A DNA stretch of 53,232 bases, taken from Thermostichus sp. DRC_bins_24. GTDB lineage: Bacteria > Cyanobacteriota > Cyanobacteriia > Thermostichales > Thermostichaceae. Below, one piece after another: positions 33,907 through 43,821 of this stretch (the first letter of the stretch is position 1; every line of letters starts with the position of its first letter). A model generated the notes under the pieces. It did no database searches. It saw only the letters and a program-made list of their open reading frames with translations, and had not been told where the DNA came from. The position numbers and the translations under genes were made by a program. The stretch is taken from NCBI GenBank assembly GCA_039794845.1, contig JAUQVK010000093.1, forward strand, positions 1-53,232. Direction: 5' to 3'.

Positions 33907-34701
33907 CTACTTGAAGTAAGGCTCCAGTAGCACCGTCCAGCTGTTGTACTTTTGCTCGTATTCGTAGGGGCACTGGGCGGCGCGTTCTTCGGGTAAGCCG
34001 TCCTCTCCCACCAAATCGGCAAATTGCTCGGGGTTGCTGCCGTAGATCAGGCAGGCCATGGTGTAAAACCGCTGGGCACTGAGGGCGTGTTCCCCCCAGT
34101 AGGCGAGGGTTTCCAATTCTGCTTCTACGGCCGCATCGAAGGCAAATTGAGCCATGCCAACAATGGCCGCCCATTCTCCTTCTGAGCCATATTCCAGCAG
34201 AGACAAAACGGCAAACTCATCCACCACATCCTCTTCTCGCCCGGTGATCGGCAGCTCGTATTGATCCACCAAGGCATGACCTAGCTCGTGGAAAAAGGTA
34301 AATAGGCCAGCGTTGATCACATGTTCTTCCAGCTCTTCTGGGGAGGTGTTCTCATCCGCAAAGAGGGCGGCATAGTAGGCGATCAGCTCGTAGCACATCG
34401 AGATCTGCACAGCCTCAGGATCGTAAAAGGCATTGACCGTGCCACACTCGGTGAAAACCACCTGAATATCTTGCGGGAAGGCCAACTCCTCATTCAGGCC
34501 AGCAATAAGCTTGTCAAAGGTGCCATTGCTCTCCAAAATCAGGCGCACCGCCTCCAGTTCCGCATCTGCAGAGGCTTCGTAGGTGAGGATTAAATCCCCT
34601 TCGTCCTCGATCACTTGCGCCGGCACCCAAGAAGGGATCCCTGCCCAAGCCAGCATACCTGCCAGCACCCCGCCAACCGTTCGACTGAGCCAGCTTGGCA
34701 T
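33907..34701 (-). CDS. DUF4344-family secreted metallopeptidase
   Basis: Signal peptide, CG.VNAFYDP, HELGH, REED..D and QRFY..ACLIYG motifs. Confidence 0.88.
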   Translation of the reverse strand: MPSWLSRTVGGVLAGMLAWAGIPSWVPAQVIEDEGDLILTYEASADAELEAVRLILESNGTFDKLIAGLNEELAFPQDIQVVFTECGTVNAFYDPEAVQISMCYELIAYYAALFADENTSPEELEEHVINAGLFTFFHELGHALVDQYELPITGREEDVVDEFAVLSLLEYGSEGEWAAIVGMAQFAFDAAVEAELETLAYWGEHALSAQRFYTMACLIYGSNPEQFADLVGEDGLPEERAAQCPYEYEQKYNSWTVLLEPYFK

Positions 34702-34719
34702 AACCCCTCTTTGAGTTTG

Positions 34720-34918
34720 ATGCGCAAGTATAGCATTTAACTTGGGGATATTCGCAAGACTGGCCTCAGATGGATCGATTCTGCAGTTCTACGAACGGGG
34801 AGATCAAATTCAGGCGCAGGTGCAGGGAAGTGAGTTGGAGCCTTACCGTGCTCAGGTGCACAGTGCCCATGGCCGCCAGCATAAGTTGACGGGGTTGTTG
34901 GGGAAAAAAGAGTTGTAG
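34720..34918 (+). pseudogene. Collapsed SWIM zinc-finger-family gene remnant
   Basis: Reads RLASDGSILQFYERGDQIQAQVQGSELEPYRAQV then HSAHGRQHKLTGLLGKKEL*. AxVxGS..PY is typical just before SWIM domains. The 5' end carries a stop and a frameshift. Confidence 0.6.
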
Positions 34919-35037
34919 GGGATCCCAACCCTCTTCATGGTTTCTTTATGGTTTCTTTGCAGAGCAGAAGTGAACTTGTGGAAAGGAAGAGAGTTTTTTT
35001 CGGGCTGAAGCGGGTATAGTAAGGGCAATCCAAGCCT

Positions 35038-36831
35038 ATGGCGCCTTCACTTACTCTTCACGTTGTCACGCGATTCCGACGCCCATTGGTCAGCATGAAG
35101 CTCCGCCAAAAAATCCTCTGGCTGATGGGATCCTCCCTCTTCTGTGGAGTTGTGGGCCTAACTGGGTTGTCGCTGCATCAGGGATCCCCTTTTCAAGCGG
35201 AATCGGCGCGGATCACGTCCCCAGAAGCCAGAATTCACACCGTAAACGCCTCCGAAAAATGGGCCTGGATCTATCTCCTGTTGGTGGGGATCAGCCTGGG
35301 ATCTTCGGGTTGGTTGCTGGTGTTGGTGGATCGGCAGGTGCTCAGTCGCCTGCAAGGTGGACGGGATGAGCAGGCGGGGCTGAAGCCCGGAGCTCGAGGA
35401 TCCCTTGCACGGCAGCATCAGCGCCTCAGCAACACCTTAGAAGAACAAGTGCAACGGCAAACGGTGCGATTGCAGCAGGCCCTCAACTACGAAGCCACGC
35501 TTAAACGCATTACCGACAAAGTTCGCGACAGCCTGGAAGAAGAGCAAATACTGCAGACGGCAGTGCAAGAGTTGGCCACGCGGCTGGACGTCTTGGGCTG
35601 TAACAGCGCCCTCTACGACCTCGAGCTAGGGGTTAGCCGGATCGCCTACGAGGCTGGAAGGGGTTTGCCCACCCAACTGAAACGTGCCGTGCCGATCGGA
35701 ACCGAAAGTGGGCTGTACAGACGCCTCTTGGCCGGGGATCCGGTTTTGCTCTGTCAAATTCCCCCAACCCGTGTACGGGATTTCAAAGAACCCCTTTTGT
35801 GTCTGGCCTGTCCCATCTTCGACCGCTTGAGCAGCCAGAAATCTTTAAGCGAGCACACCCAACCCGTTCGCTTCGTTGCCCCCAATCCATCTCCGCAGGA
35901 TCTGGCGATTTTTGGGGATCTGTGGCTGTTCAAACCCGTCGACAAACACTTTAGCGAGCCCGAGATCCGGCTGGTGCGGCAGGTGGCGACTCAATGTGCG
36001 ATCGGGCTGCGACAAGCACGTCTGTACAGAGCTTTGCAAAGCCAAGTGGAGCAGCTGAAGTCGTTGCATCAACTCAAGGATGACTTTCTGAATACGATCT
36101 CCCACGAGTTGCGTACCCCCATGTCCAACATCAAGATGTCCCTGTACATGATCCGCAAAACTCAGGATGAGGCACGGCGGCAGCGCTATCTGGATATTTT
36201 GGAAACCGAATGTACCCGCGAGATCGAGCTGATCAATGATTTGCTGGATCTGCAACGGCTAGAAGCCGGGGTAGACCAACCCCTCTCTGACCGGGTGGAT
36301 TTGGCCCGTTGGATCCCGGCGCTGTTGCGTTCTTTTGAGGCCCGTATCGCCCACTACCAACAAACCCTACAGGTGGAATGGGATCCGGCCTTGGAGGCTG
36401 CCGGGCCTCAACTTTGGACGGATCCCCAGCGTCTGTCGCGCATTCTGGGCGAGCTGATCAACAATGCCTGCAAGTACACCGCCCCGGGGGGAACGATTCG
36501 CCTGTCGATCACTTCGCAGCGTTTTGAGCCCACGGGTCGTCCGGAGGCAACGTACATTCGCTTCGAGATCTGCAACCCTGCCGAGATCCCCGCCGAACAA
36601 CTGCCGCTCCTGTTTGACAAGTTTTACCGGGTGCCGAGCGGGGATCCCTGGAAACGGGGCGGCACCGGGCTGGGGTTGGCCTTGGTGAAAAAATTGCTGG
36701 AGCAGCTGGGGGGTAAGATCGGGGTGACCAGCCAAGCAGGCCTAACCACCTTCTGGTTCCTGTTGCCGCAAAATCGACCCCAACCTGACCCGGAATCTGC
36801 CCCCACCGTAGTGGCGTTGCCCCAGCCTTGA
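35038..36831 (+). CDS. Membrane-anchored GAF sensor histidine kinase
   Basis: Two TM helices, a GAF domain (DKVRDSL...ILQTAV), H-box SHELRTP, N-box NNACKYT and G-box GGTGLGL. Likely start ATG 35095. Confidence 0.92.
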   Translation: MAPSLTLHVVTRFRRPLVSMKLRQKILWLMGSSLFCGVVGLTGLSLHQGSPFQAESARITSPEARIHTVNASEKWAWIYLLLVGISLGSSGWLLVLVDRQVLSRLQGGRDEQAGLKPGARGSLARQHQRLSNTLEEQVQRQTVRLQQALNYEATLKRITDKVRDSLEEEQILQTAVQELATRLDVLGCNSALYDLELGVSRIAYEAGRGLPTQLKRAVPIGTESGLYRRLLAGDPVLLCQIPPTRVRDFKEPLLCLACPIFDRLSSQKSLSEHTQPVRFVAPNPSPQDLAIFGDLWLFKPVDKHFSEPEIRLVRQVATQCAIGLRQARLYRALQSQVEQLKSLHQLKDDFLNTISHELRTPMSNIKMSLYMIRKTQDEARRQRYLDILETECTREIELINDLLDLQRLEAGVDQPLSDRVDLARWIPALLRSFEARIAHYQQTLQVEWDPALEAAGPQLWTDPQRLSRILGELINNACKYTAPGGTIRLSITSQRFEPTGRPEATYIRFEICNPAEIPAEQLPLLFDKFYRVPSGDPWKRGGTGLGLALVKKLLEQLGGKIGVTSQAGLTTFWFLLPQNRPQPDPESAPTVVALPQP

Positions 36832-36943
36832 GGAACTTAAAAACGGGATCCCCAGTCCGACTCAGCACCGATGTGTTTTGATAAGTTGCTCGGAGGTGGG
36901 CCAGAGCTTTCCAGCCCCCAGCAGCGCCGATGCCCTTGAATCT

Positions 36944-38071
36944 ATGACCTCTCTTCCTCTCATTGCGGTGATCTTGGGCACGCGGCCCGAAGCGATCAAA
37001 CTGGCCCCCGTGATCCACGCGCTGCAGGCCAGCCGCAGCCTACGCACTGAGGTGATCCTGACCGGACAACATCGGGAGATGGTGGATCAGGTGATGCACC
37101 TGTTCGGCCTACAGGCGGATCGGGATCTGGCGATTATGCGCCCGCGCCAAAGCCTGACGGACATCACCGAAGCCACACTCCGGGGCCTAGAAACCTATTT
37201 CCAGGAGCAGCACCCGCAGCTCATCCTGGTGCAGGGAGATACCACCACCGCCTTTGCCGCCACTCTGGCCGCTTTTTACCAACGGATCCCGGTGGGGCAT
37301 GTGGAAGCCGGCCTGCGCACCGATGATCTCTACAATCCCTTTCCAGAGGAAGCCAATCGTCGCCTCATTTCCCAGTTGGCCAGCCTGCATTTTGCCCCCA
37401 CCCCCCAGGCGGTGGACAACCTAAAGCGAAGCGATGTGGTGGGATCCATCTACCTGACCGGCAACACCGTCATCGATGCCCTTCTGCAGGTGGCCTCCCA
37501 AGGGATCCCTTGCCCGATCCCCGGCTTGGATTGGCAGCAATATCGCGTTCTGTTGGTCACGTTGCACCGGCGGGAAAATTGGGGGGATCCCTTAGCTTCG
37601 ATTGGCAAAGCCCTGTTGCAGATTTTGGAAGAGTTTCCCGATACCGCCCTGCTGCTGCCGCTGCACCGTAACCCCGTGGTTCGGGATCCCCTACAGGCTT
37701 TGCTGGGATCCCATGGACGGGTCTTTCTGACCGAGCCGTTGGAGTATCACCTCTGGGTGGCGGCCATGCAACGCTGTACCCTCATCCTCAGCGATTCCGG
37801 CGGCATTCAAGAAGAAGCCCCAGCCCTGGGCAAACCCGTGTTGGTGTTGCGGCAAACCACCGAACGGCCAGAAGCAATCGCCGCCGGCACCGCCCGCCTT
37901 GTTGGTACGGATACCGCCGGGATTCTGAAGGCAGCGCGAGAATTGCTCGCGGATCCCCAGGCCTATGCCCGCATGGCGCAAGCCCGAAATCCCTTTGGCG
38001 ATGGTACCGCTGCCCAGCAAATTTGCTCCATCATCGAGCAGTGGGTTATCCCTCAAGGCCCGCAGGGATAA
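36944..38071 (+). CDS. wecB: UDP-N-acetylglucosamine 2-epimerase (non-hydrolysing)
   Basis: GTRPEAIK, VQGDT, HVEAGLR, HRREN and DSGGIQEEA motifs. Confidence 0.97.
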   Translation: MTSLPLIAVILGTRPEAIKLAPVIHALQASRSLRTEVILTGQHREMVDQVMHLFGLQADRDLAIMRPRQSLTDITEATLRGLETYFQEQHPQLILVQGDTTTAFAATLAAFYQRIPVGHVEAGLRTDDLYNPFPEEANRRLISQLASLHFAPTPQAVDNLKRSDVVGSIYLTGNTVIDALLQVASQGIPCPIPGLDWQQYRVLLVTLHRRENWGDPLASIGKALLQILEEFPDTALLLPLHRNPVVRDPLQALLGSHGRVFLTEPLEYHLWVAAMQRCTLILSDSGGIQEEAPALGKPVLVLRQTTERPEAIAAGTARLVGTDTAGILKAARELLADPQAYARMAQARNPFGDGTAAQQICSIIEQWVIPQGPQG

Positions 38072-38098
38072 AATCCATCCACCATAGGGATCCAAACC

Positions 38099-38140
38099 GT
38101 TACGAAGAAAACGGTTTCTACCGCGTCGATCTCCTATAGT
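38099..38140 (+). promoter_or_regulatory. Candidate NtcA-activated promoter GT-N10-AC-N22-TATAGT
   Basis: GTtacgaagaaaAC at 38099-38112, then exactly 22 nt, then TATAGT at 38135-38140. Confidence 0.55.
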
Positions 38141-38182
38141 GAAAGGCTGGACTTAAAAATCGATAGCGCAAGGGATCCAACC

Positions 38183-38758
38183 ATGAGCACGACCCAAACT
38201 GCCCCCACCGTTGTCCGGGTACCAATTGTGGATGCTACCCCGGAAACTGTGCAGCCCTTCGGCCAGCTGCTGGGGGATAATGTCGCCAAGCCTGGTTTGG
38301 GGATCCCGTTTTATCAAGGGCGGGTTCTGGAAGGGCAGAATATCGACTTTGAGTACACCGGCAAGGCCGTCATCCGCACCGCCAAGATTCTGCCCGGTTA
38401 CCCACCCGTGCTTTGGTTGGAGCGCCACATGCGCATGACGCAGTTGTTCATCGCGCTAGGGCAAGAGCCGTTCATTATGGTAATGGCTCCCCCTAACCAC
38501 CCCAAAGAAGCGCCGGATCTGGACAAGGTACAAGCCTTGCGTTTCCCGGCGGGGCATGGGCTGCTGCTGCACCTCGGCACCTGGCACGATTTTCCTATCG
38601 CCTGTGAGCGTCCGGTGGTGGTACTCACCGCCAACTCCGACGAAGTGGTGGAGGCGCTGGCCAGCATGAAAGGGGCCCACGAAATGGATCAGGGGGATGT
38701 GTTCAAAATTTCCTTGCCGCAGCGGCTAAAAGCGGAGATCCATCTGGAGCTGGTTTGA
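38183..38758 (+). CDS. Ureidoglycolate lyase-like cupin
   Basis: PFGQL, LERH...TQLFI and GTWH motifs. Confidence 0.8.
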   Translation: MSTTQTAPTVVRVPIVDATPETVQPFGQLLGDNVAKPGLGIPFYQGRVLEGQNIDFEYTGKAVIRTAKILPGYPPVLWLERHMRMTQLFIALGQEPFIMVMAPPNHPKEAPDLDKVQALRFPAGHGLLLHLGTWHDFPIACERPVVVLTANSDEVVEALASMKGAHEMDQGDVFKISLPQRLKAEIHLELV

Positions 38759-38871
38759 ACCCCTGCCTTGGGTCTTGTCCAAAGGGTCTTTGGCCAAAAC
38801 GCAGTTCGTCCGGCTCCCGCGAGGGGCGATACTGAACTGAGATGGGCTTTTTTCTGGCACACTTTACGCTT

Positions 38872-39555
38872 ATGACCGGCATGATCTCCTTTTCCCGTCC
38901 TGACGGGGCTACTGTGCCTGCTTACCAAGCCAAACCCAGCGGCTCCTCTTTGGGTGGCGTAGTGGTGTTGCAGGAATGGTGGGGCCTCAACCCACAAATT
39001 CGGACGGTGGCGGATCGTCTGGCAGAAGCAGGCTACTGGGCGGTGGTACCGGATTTGTATCGGGGCAAGTTGGCGCAAACAGCAGCCGAAGCCCAGCAGT
39101 TGATGGGATCCCTGAAGCGAGAGGATGTGGTTCAGCAGGATATGGTCGGGGCAATTCAGTACCTAAAAGCCTCGGTTCCCAAAGTGGCCGTGATGGGGTT
39201 TTGCCTCGGAGGAGCCTTAACCTTGGCCGCGGCCAGCCACCTGTCGAGCTTTGAGGCGGCTGTCTGCTTCTACGGTATTCCGCCCCTGGATCAGGTGGAT
39301 CCCAGCCGGATTCGCATCCCCCTACAGGCCCACTTCGCCACCGCAGATGACTGGTGTAATCCCACCCTCGTCGCCCAGCTGGAGGAACGCCTGCGCCAAG
39401 GGCAAGTTCCCTTCACCCTCTACCGCTACGAGGCCCAACACGCCTTTATGAACGCCAGCCGCCCAGAAGTTTATGATGCAGCCGCGGCAGCTCTGGCCTG
39501 GGAGCGCGTGCTCAGCTTCTTAAACGACCACCTCTCTAGCCCGCAGCCCGTTTGA
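38872..39555 (+). CDS. Dienelactone hydrolase family protein
   Basis: QEWWGL, PDLY, GFCLGG and HAFMN motifs. Confidence 0.93.
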   Translation: MTGMISFSRPDGATVPAYQAKPSGSSLGGVVVLQEWWGLNPQIRTVADRLAEAGYWAVVPDLYRGKLAQTAAEAQQLMGSLKREDVVQQDMVGAIQYLKASVPKVAVMGFCLGGALTLAAASHLSSFEAAVCFYGIPPLDQVDPSRIRIPLQAHFATADDWCNPTLVAQLEERLRQGQVPFTLYRYEAQHAFMNASRPEVYDAAAAALAWERVLSFLNDHLSSPQPV

Positions 39556-40805
39556 GCCAACCTTCCCCCTTTCCAACGCGCATGTCCGGATCCCTGGCAG
39601 AAACCCTCCCCTCTTCCCACAAGGCCAAAACGTCGGTTCTCAAATTGGCGGGTTGTCAAGCCTTAGCCATGACGGGCAACTCCATCCTGTTCACCGTCGC
39701 CGCCCTGATCGGGGCGAGCCTCTTGACCGACAAAAGTTGGGCCACCTTCCCGCTAGCGCTGCTGCACCTGGCCACCTTGTTCACCACCATTCCTGCCTCC
39801 CTCTGGATGGCACGAGTGGGCCGCAAGCTGGGCTTTGCCGCCGGCATTGGCATCGGCATGGCAGGGGCTGGCTTGGGGACGTACGCCATTTTCGCCGGTA
39901 GTTTTGTCGGATTTTGTGGAGCGATGCTGCTGCTGGGCTGTTTTAACGGCTTTGTGGGCTATTACCGTTTTGCGGCTGCGGAATTGGCCAGCGACTCTTT
40001 CCGCAGCAGGGCCATCTCTTGGGTGGTGGCAGGGGGGGTGGTAGCGGCGGTGTTGGGGCCACAATTGGCCACCTGGACCAAAGATTGGTTCGTGGAGGCC
40101 ACGTTTGCGGGCTGTCTGCTGACAATTATCCTGTTGCAAGCCCTTTCTCTGCCGCTGCTGGCCAGTGTGCCCCTACCCCCTTGGCCAAAAACGGAGGGGG
40201 TCGGAACGGGCCGGCCCCTGGGGGCGATCATGCGTCAGCCTGTATTTTGGGTGGCGGTGTTGGGCAGCATGCTGGGCTACGGGGTGATGGTGTTGATCAT
40301 GACCTCCACTCCTCTGGCGATGGTGGAGCATGCTTTTCCCTTTCACCAAGCAGCCTTTGTGATTCAGTGGCATGTATTAGGAATGTTTGCCCCCTCGTTT
40401 ATTACAGGGGCGCTGATTGTCCGCTTTGGCCTGCTGAATATCATTCTGACGGGTGGGATCCTGAACATCGTCTGCATCACGATCAACCTGTTGGGCATTA
40501 GCCTAATGCACTACTGGAGCGCTTTGTTGCTGCTGGGCATTGGCTGGAACTTTATGTTTGTCGGCTCCACCACACTGCTGACCGAAGCCTATACGCCGGC
40601 AGAGCGAGCCAAAACTCAGGCCGCCCACGACTTTCTCATGTTTAGCAGCGTCGCAGCCTCAACCCTCTTGTCAGGGGGGTTGCTCAACCGCTGGGGTTGG
40701 CAGGCGGTGAACTGGGCTGGCCTACCGATGATTTTGCTGGCCTTCGGAGCAGCCCTCTGGCTACAGCAGGAACGGGCCCGCGGCCCATGGTCGAAACCTC
40801 TCTAG
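39552..40805 (+). CDS. MFS transporter
   Basis: About 12 TM segments, YRFAAAE and IQWHVLGMFAPSF motifs; the start overlaps the upstream stop. Confidence 0.92.
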   Translation: MSQPSPFPTRMSGSLAETLPSSHKAKTSVLKLAGCQALAMTGNSILFTVAALIGASLLTDKSWATFPLALLHLATLFTTIPASLWMARVGRKLGFAAGIGIGMAGAGLGTYAIFAGSFVGFCGAMLLLGCFNGFVGYYRFAAAELASDSFRSRAISWVVAGGVVAAVLGPQLATWTKDWFVEATFAGCLLTIILLQALSLPLLASVPLPPWPKTEGVGTGRPLGAIMRQPVFWVAVLGSMLGYGVMVLIMTSTPLAMVEHAFPFHQAAFVIQWHVLGMFAPSFITGALIVRFGLLNIILTGGILNIVCITINLLGISLMHYWSALLLLGIGWNFMFVGSTTLLTEAYTPAERAKTQAAHDFLMFSSVAASTLLSGGLLNRWGWQAVNWAGLPMILLAFGAALWLQQERARGPWSKPL

Positions 40806-40825
40806 CTAAGGACTTGAACCCAACT

Positions 40826-40903
40826 TACAGCCCTTGTGCGGATCTTCTACGACAGGACTTGTGCTTCCTAAGCGCTCCGGGGGGTAGGTCTCAACTTCCA
40901 CAG
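40826..40903 (+). mobile_element. MITE copy 4 (diverged, right end lost)
   Basis: tacagcccttgtgcggatcttctacgacaggacttgtgcttcc...tctcaacttccacag. Confidence 0.75.
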
Positions 40904-41501
40904 GGGTTGCCGTGTGGCGAAGTTGGTAGTAGCCCATCCACAGTGAGGACAAATCATCCCCTTGGAGGTCAGAGCCAGGTTGAGCGAGGACAACGTGATC
41001 TTCCGGTTCCACGAACTTTCGAATCTGGACTCCAGACAGATCCAATGGCCTATCAAGAGGGGGCCCTCACTCGCCACGGAGTCTAGTATCTCGCTATACC
41101 GATGACACCAAAATATCAGCAGGGTCAGGTATTCCTGATTACTTTGAGCTGGGAACAAAAGTTCAGTAGCAAGCAAACACAGCCCTCGGGGATCTCAACA
41201 GAAACAAACCCACCTGTCTAATCTAAGTATTGAGAAGTACCGATCCCTTCATTATTGGGAACTGCGGCGCAAAGCTTAACTTTTGTCGATAGGGAGCAAA
41301 GCTGCCTCAAAATAGGATTCCCCGTTCCTGCACACGAACCGATGCTGTCGAGATCCTGTCGATTCGCGGTGGTTAGAAACCTGAATCCAGTTGAGATCAT
41401 TCACCTACATCTGTGCCGTTGGCATCTGAAGAGAGTTGCTCTATATTAAATCAGCTAGCTTGTTCGACATTTGCCGAAACTAGGTTATCTTGGGAGCTGA
41501 C

Positions 41502-42782
41502 ATGCCATCCAATTGGTCAGATATCCATCCTCCCAATCCTGGGCGAGGGTTGGATCAAGCGCAGCCGACCCCTTCCCGTTGGAGTGAGCGTTACATGGAT
41601 GACGCTTCTCACGCTGAGTACGAAAGGAATGGATCTCAGACCGAAGCGGCGGGCCATCCAGAGGGGATCATGCCGAGCAATGCCGCGAAGATTAAGGTTG
41701 TGGGCGTCGGTGGCGGTGGCGGTAATGCGGTCAGTCGGATGGCGGCCAATAACCTCACGGGTGTCGAATTTTGGAGCGTCAATACCGATTCTCAGGCCCT
41801 TATTCAATCCTCTACGTTGAATCGTCTGCAAATTGGGCAGAAGTTAACCCGGGGCCTAGGAGCAGGGGGCAATCCCGCCATCGGTCAGAAAGCGGCGGAG
41901 GAATCGAGCGAAGAGTTGTCGGCAGCTCTTAAAGGGGCGGATCTGGTGTTTATCGCCGCGGGCATGGGGGGAGGCACCGGTACGGGTGGTGCGCCGATCG
42001 TGGCCCAGATCGCTAAGGCCAGTGGGGCCCTGACGGTGGGGGTGGTAACCCGGCCTTTTTCTTTTGAGGGCAAGCGCCGCACCAAGCAGGCGGAGGAAGG
42101 GATCCAAGCTCTGCAGGAGGCCGTCGATACCCTGATTGTGATCCCCAACGACAAGTTGCTCTCGGTGATCTCAGAACAAACCCCTGTGCAAGAGGCGTTT
42201 CGCGTTGCGGATGATGTGTTGCGCCAGGGGGTGCAGGGCATTTCCGATATCATTCTCATCCCCGGCATGATCAACGTCGATTTTGCCGATGTGCGCAGCG
42301 TTATGGCGGATGCCGGCTCGGCTCTGATGGGCATTGGCATGGGATCCGGTAAATCCCGCGCCCGCGAGGCGGCGGTAACGGCTGTGTCTTCGCCGTTGTT
42401 GGAAACCTCCATCGAAGGGGCCAAGGGGGTTCTTTTCAACATTACAGGTGGCCCGGATCTGTCCTTGCACGAGGTCACCGCGGCTGCCGAGATTATTGCC
42501 GAGGCCGTCGATCCGGATGCCAACATCATTTTCGGCACCGTCCAAGACGAGCGTATGCAGGGAGAGGTGCGCATTACCGTCATCGCCACAGGCTTCCAGG
42601 GGGGACAACGGGTTGCTGCTGCCCCTGTTGCCAAGGTCTCCACGCCCAGCAAGTCTGCCGCCCGCAAACCGGCTGCCCCCAGTTCTGAGTCAACCCCTCG
42701 ACAGCCCCCCGAGCCGGAGCCGCCCACCTCTAGTAGCCTGGATATTCCCGAGTTTTTGCGTCGCCGTCGTCCTACTTCGTAG
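41502..42782 (+). CDS. ftsZ: Cell division protein FtsZ
   Basis: [19 protein letters not shown] and INVDFADV motifs, C-terminal LDIPEFL; GGGAG RBS before ATG 41502. Confidence 0.99.
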   Translation: MPSNWSDIHPPNPGRGLDQAQPTPSRWSERYMDDASHAEYERNGSQTEAAGHPEGIMPSNAAKIKVVGVGGGGGNAVSRMAANNLTGVEFWSVNTDSQALIQSSTLNRLQIGQKLTRGLGAGGNPAIGQKAAEESSEELSAALKGADLVFIAAGMGGGTGTGGAPIVAQIAKASGALTVGVVTRPFSFEGKRRTKQAEEGIQALQEAVDTLIVIPNDKLLSVISEQTPVQEAFRVADDVLRQGVQGISDIILIPGMINVDFADVRSVMADAGSALMGIGMGSGKSRAREAAVTAVSSPLLETSIEGAKGVLFNITGGPDLSLHEVTAAAEIIAEAVDPDANIIFGTVQDERMQGEVRITVIATGFQGGQRVAAAPVAKVSTPSKSAARKPAAPSSESTPRQPPEPEPPTSSSLDIPEFLRRRRPTS

Positions 42783-42843
42783 GACGAGACCAAGCGGTGT
42801 TGTTGATGGTGGTGCTTTGGAGGGGTGAGGGAGACAGCAAGCT

Positions 42844-43812
42844 ATGAATATCGTCGTCTTGGCAGGGGGGCGTTCGGCAGAACGGCAGGTTTCCTGGGTA
42901 ACGGGTAAAGCCTGCAAGCGGGCTTTGGAGGATCTGGGCCATCGGGTGAAGGTGATCGACCCGGATGTGGATTTGCCCCTACGCCTCTGGCAAGAACGGG
43001 AAGCCGGCTGCGACTTGGTTTGGATTGCCTTGCACGGCCCCGGTGGCGAAGATGGGGTGGTGCAGGGAATGCTGGATTGGCTGGGCCTGCCCTATCAGGG
43101 ATCCGGGCGGTTGGCCAGCGCCTTAGCCATGGATAAGCTGGTTTCCAAGCAGATCTTTCGAACCGAAGGGATCCCGACCGCCGATTGGATCGTCTGGGAG
43201 GAGCAAAACCCTCGCACTTGGGCGGAGTGTGCGGCAGAGCTGGGATCCCCGCTGGTGATCAAACCCAGCAATGATGGCTCCACCGTCGGCATCAGCATTG
43301 TCGAGGATGAACGGTCCTTTGCTCAGGGGCTGGAGTTGGCCCGGTCGGTGTCGTCGCGGATTCTGTTGGAGCGCTACATTCCTGGCAAAGAGATTACCCT
43401 CTCGATTTTGTCGGGGCAAGTTCTCCCTGCCATTGAGATCATTCCCGCCCGGGGTAGTTTCTACGATTACGAAGCCAAGTATGCTCCCGGCGGATCCCGG
43501 CACCTCATCCCCTGTTCCCTCAGTCCGGCGGGATTGGCCCGCTGTGAGGCGGCGGGGTTGCGAGCCTATCAAGCGCTGGGGTGTGAGGGCTTGGCACGGG
43601 TGGATTTGCGGGTGGATCCTGCCGAGAACCCCTGGGTGCTGGAGGTGAACACGCTGCCCGGCATGACCCCCACGTCTCTGTGTCCCGATGCGGCGGCAGC
43701 GCTGGGTTGGACGTTTACCGAGTTGGTGGAGCGGATGCTGCAGGAGGCACTGCAAAAGGCGACTTTGACCGCCTCGGCCCTCACCGGATCCCCGTATCCC
43801 CAACAAGCCTGA
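42844..43812 (+). CDS. ddl: D-alanine--D-alanine ligase
   Basis: GGRSAER.VS, LHGPGGEDG, YDYEAKY and EVNTLPG motifs. Confidence 0.97.
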   Translation: MNIVVLAGGRSAERQVSWVTGKACKRALEDLGHRVKVIDPDVDLPLRLWQEREAGCDLVWIALHGPGGEDGVVQGMLDWLGLPYQGSGRLASALAMDKLVSKQIFRTEGIPTADWIVWEEQNPRTWAECAAELGSPLVIKPSNDGSTVGISIVEDERSFAQGLELARSVSSRILLERYIPGKEITLSILSGQVLPAIEIIPARGSFYDYEAKYAPGGSRHLIPCSLSPAGLARCEAAGLRAYQALGCEGLARVDLRVDPAENPWVLEVNTLPGMTPTSLCPDAAAALGWTFTELVERMLQEALQKATLTASALTGSPYPQQA

Positions 43813-43821
43813 CCTACAGAT

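Noticed and set aside
40806..41176. ORFs with CPHCG (possible IS1-like or zinc-ribbon remnant)
   Set aside because: Only one CxxC is present, the ORFs run into the MITE, and I recognised no further family similarity.
41885..42793. Long antisense ORFs (302 aa opposite ftsZ; similar ones opposite pyrG, the aldo/keto reductase, dprA and clpC)
   Set aside because: They are shadow frames of GC-rich, well-conserved genes and have no recognisable motifs.
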